DNA of 41,194 bases from an uncultured bacterium (GTDB lineage: Bacteria; Planctomycetota; J058), in NCBI GenBank assembly GCA_937911525.1, contig CALDQK010000390.1, positions 1-41,194 of the forward strand, given 5' to 3'. Of this stretch, positions 39,365 to 41,194 are shown piece after piece (positions within the stretch are counted from its first letter, which is position 1; each line of letters opens with the position of its first letter). The notes beneath the pieces were generated by a model. The model was not told where the DNA came from, ran no database searches, and saw only the letters and a program-made list of their open reading frames with translations. The position numbers and the translations under genes are program-made.

Positions 39365-39377
39365 GCCTGGAGGCCCT

Positions 39378-40574
39378 ATGCCTACTCAGCTCTCCGCCCT
39401 TCACCTCCCGCTGGTCTCGAGCCGGCTGATCGTTGATCGCACCACCCCGGGTCGGATCCTGGGCGTCTCGATCCTGACCACGGGCCCCGCCAAGGGGCAT
39501 GGGTTCGACGTCGACGAAAACCTCGTCGAGCGCGTCGTCCACCTCGGCCAAGGAATCAGGGGCCGCTGGACCCACGGGGCTCCAGGAGCCAGCGCGCTCG
39601 GTCGCCACCTCGGCGAGTGGTCGAACCTCCGCACCCAACGCTTCTCGGTCTGCAGGTCCTGCCAGCTTGAAGCAGAGACCCCGCACTGCGGCCAGTGCGG
39701 CGCCAAGACGGAGGCCGCCCTGAGGGCGCTGGGCGACTTCGCGTTCAGCGCCAGCGCCTGGAAGCTCAAGCCCGACGGGCTCGACGTGCCTGCCCCCGAA
39801 TACCTCATGACTCGGGCCGAGGAGGACCCGCGCAGCCTGGGGATCTCGATCGTGGCGCCTCTGCGCCTGGAGGCTGAGCCGGGCAACAGCGACACCCCTC
39901 GGACGCTGGCCCGAATCGTGGGCGACGAGCTGCTGCGCGCTGACTGGGTCGCGGACCCCGCCGCCAATCCCACCGGGCTCTCCCAGGACGCAGGCGAGGA
40001 GCCCTTCCTTCCCCACCTGGACCGGCTCGTGGCCACCCGAGGCGAGGAGGGAGCCCGGCTCCACATGCTCGGGGTCCTGGCGCGCTACTTCGGCGACGAG
40101 GCCGAGGAACCCGCTGCCGCGCCGCCTCCCGTGCTCAGCCCGTCGGCGGAGGACGTTGCAGCTCTCCGGAACGAGCTGGCCAGCCTTCGCGCCGAGGTCG
40201 AAGGAGTCCGGCGCGAGACCCGGAGCCTGTCCGTTGGGCTGGCTGCCGAGCGGATCCGCTTCCTCAAGCGCCAGGCTGCGGCCCTCGACGCCCCCGTCAC
40301 GGCAGACGAGATCGCCTCGCTGGAAGCGCTCGCAGACCAGGGCAACTACGCCGCCGTTCGGACACGCGCCGAAGCCTGCCTGGCCAGGTGCGAGGCCAAG
40401 CAGCAGGCCCCCCACGAGGCGGTCGCGGTCGTGCCGCTCCGCGTCCAGCCAACCGCCGAAGACTCACTCGCCGTGCAGGCCCGCGTCTTCGACGCCTCGC
40501 GGCGCGTGCTGCCGCCCCTCCCTTCCCTCTCCCCCACCCCGACTGCCCAAGGAGGCCGCCATGAGAGTTCCTGA
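39378..40574 (+). CDS. Probable prohead maturation protease/scaffold with inserted Cys4 zinc ribbon
   Basis: GVSILTTGPAKGHG...RGRWTHG...AEEDPRSLGISIV...ADWVADPAANPTGL resembles phage prohead proteases (His, Ser, DxVxxPA). C-terminal coiled-coil scaffold-like part; CRSC-x8-CGQC insert. Confidence 0.75.
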   Translation: MPTQLSALHLPLVSSRLIVDRTTPGRILGVSILTTGPAKGHGFDVDENLVERVVHLGQGIRGRWTHGAPGASALGRHLGEWSNLRTQRFSVCRSCQLEAETPHCGQCGAKTEAALRALGDFAFSASAWKLKPDGLDVPAPEYLMTRAEEDPRSLGISIVAPLRLEAEPGNSDTPRTLARIVGDELLRADWVADPAANPTGLSQDAGEEPFLPHLDRLVATRGEEGARLHMLGVLARYFGDEAEEPAAAPPPVLSPSAEDVAALRNELASLRAEVEGVRRETRSLSVGLAAERIRFLKRQAAALDAPVTADEIASLEALADQGNYAAVRTRAEACLARCEAKQQAPHEAVAVVPLRVQPTAEDSLAVQARVFDASRRVLPPLPSLSPTPTAQGGRHESS

Positions 40575-41194
40575 GATCACGACGCGGGAGCACCGTCCCC
40601 GTCGCTACCTGGTCAATGACCAGGTCTACGTCCGGCACAAGGACGTGGTCCTCGAGGCGGACACCGAGTCGCCGATGGTTCCCGTGGACAAGATCCGCGC
40701 GGGCACGGTTCTGGTCGCAGCTCAGCGCTCCTCGACCTTCGTGGTCGCGACGGACGACCGCGCCGAACGGTGTCGCCCTGCGCGGCTGGTGTCGCTGGCT
40801 CCCGCCGACGCCCAGTGGGCCAACTCGGTCCTGACGGCCTCGCTGGGCCGGGACACGGGCTTCGCGGTCGTGCTCGACGCCAACGCGGTCGACACCGCTG
40901 CGGTCGTGGATCAGCTCAACCAGAACCTGGCCTTCTCGGTCCACTTCCTCGCGGACGAGGACCCCAACGGCCTGGTGCGAATCCGAACCCGCTCCAGCGG
41001 CGCGGACGCCTTCCTGCACGTCGCCAGCAGCTACGTCCAGGCCTTCGGCCCCAAGGGCACGGCTGCGATCGGTCGCGACCCCGTGGTCTGTGTCGCCGAC
41101 GACCTCGGCGAGCTGAAAGACGTCGAAGGACGAGCGGCCCAGTCCCTCGTTCCCACGATCGCGGCGGGTCACTTCCGCGAGTCCGAACTGATCG
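40561..41194 (+). CDS. Putative head decoration-type structural protein (partial; not in the ORF track)
   Basis: GGAGG RBS, ATG 40561, open to the window end: MRVPEITTREHRPRRYLVND...KIRAGTVLV...VCVADD...AAGHFRESELI. Position after the protease and the IxAGTVL...G.F motifs fit lambda gpD-like decoration proteins. Confidence 0.6.
   Translation, partial: MRVPEITTREHRPRRYLVNDQVYVRHKDVVLEADTESPMVPVDKIRAGTVLVAAQRSSTFVVATDDRAERCRPARLVSLAPADAQWANSVLTASLGRDTGFAVVLDANAVDTAAVVDQLNQNLAFSVHFLADEDPNGLVRIRTRSSGADAFLHVASSYVQAFGPKGTAAIGRDPVVCVADDLGELKDVEGRAAQSLVPTIAAGHFRESELI

Larger units (their letters stand above)
33981..41194 (+). mobile_element. Prophage-like / phage-derived head-packaging gene cluster (continues beyond window)
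   Basis: HNH, terminase, portal, protease/scaffold and decoration-like genes in canonical order, linked by start/stop overlaps. Confidence 0.85.

Overview
High-GC window whose gene content (giant Ser/Thr kinases, a TPR/HExxH DUF1570-like protein) resembles a Planctomycetota-type genome; the taxonomy is inferred, not established. Layout: (1) 1-7389 host-like genes: two Hanks-type kinases, a hypothetical protein and a lipoprotein. (2) 7400-10200 mobile-element debris: truncated Y1/RAYT-type transposase, frameshifted DUF4263 (Shedu-like) remnant, IS1380 3' part, IS66 tnpA/tnpB/tnpC remnants. (3) 10416-10457 the 3' half of a tRNA-Gly(CCC) with a terminator, a typical integration scar, followed by a kinase + Schlafen/AlbA_2 gene pair. 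(4) 13.2-19.9 kb TolC/TetR/ABC/permease/adaptor efflux operon with a triple operator over its promoter. (5) 20.4-24.2 kb 5'-truncated MukB-like SMC translationally coupled to a JetD-like Toprim nuclease. (6) a 5'-truncated TPR/peptidase gene, three ~136-bp block-conserved repeats, an rve/DDE integrase and two GTAG-type REP-like hairpins. (7) from 29.8 kb an SMC-like ABC ATPase + HEAT-repeat histidine kinase + response regulator, a motif-rich intergenic region, and a tightly coupled phage-head operon (small ORFs, HTH, HNH, terminase, portal, an embedded outer-membrane beta-barrel, Zn-ribbon prohead protease, decoration-like protein) that runs off the window. Best candidates for new biology: the ATPase/two-component-linked capsid operon with an embedded porin, the integrase-associated repeat array, the MukB-JetD pair, and the kinase-Schlafen pair. 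All family calls come from motif recognition by eye; no database search was run.
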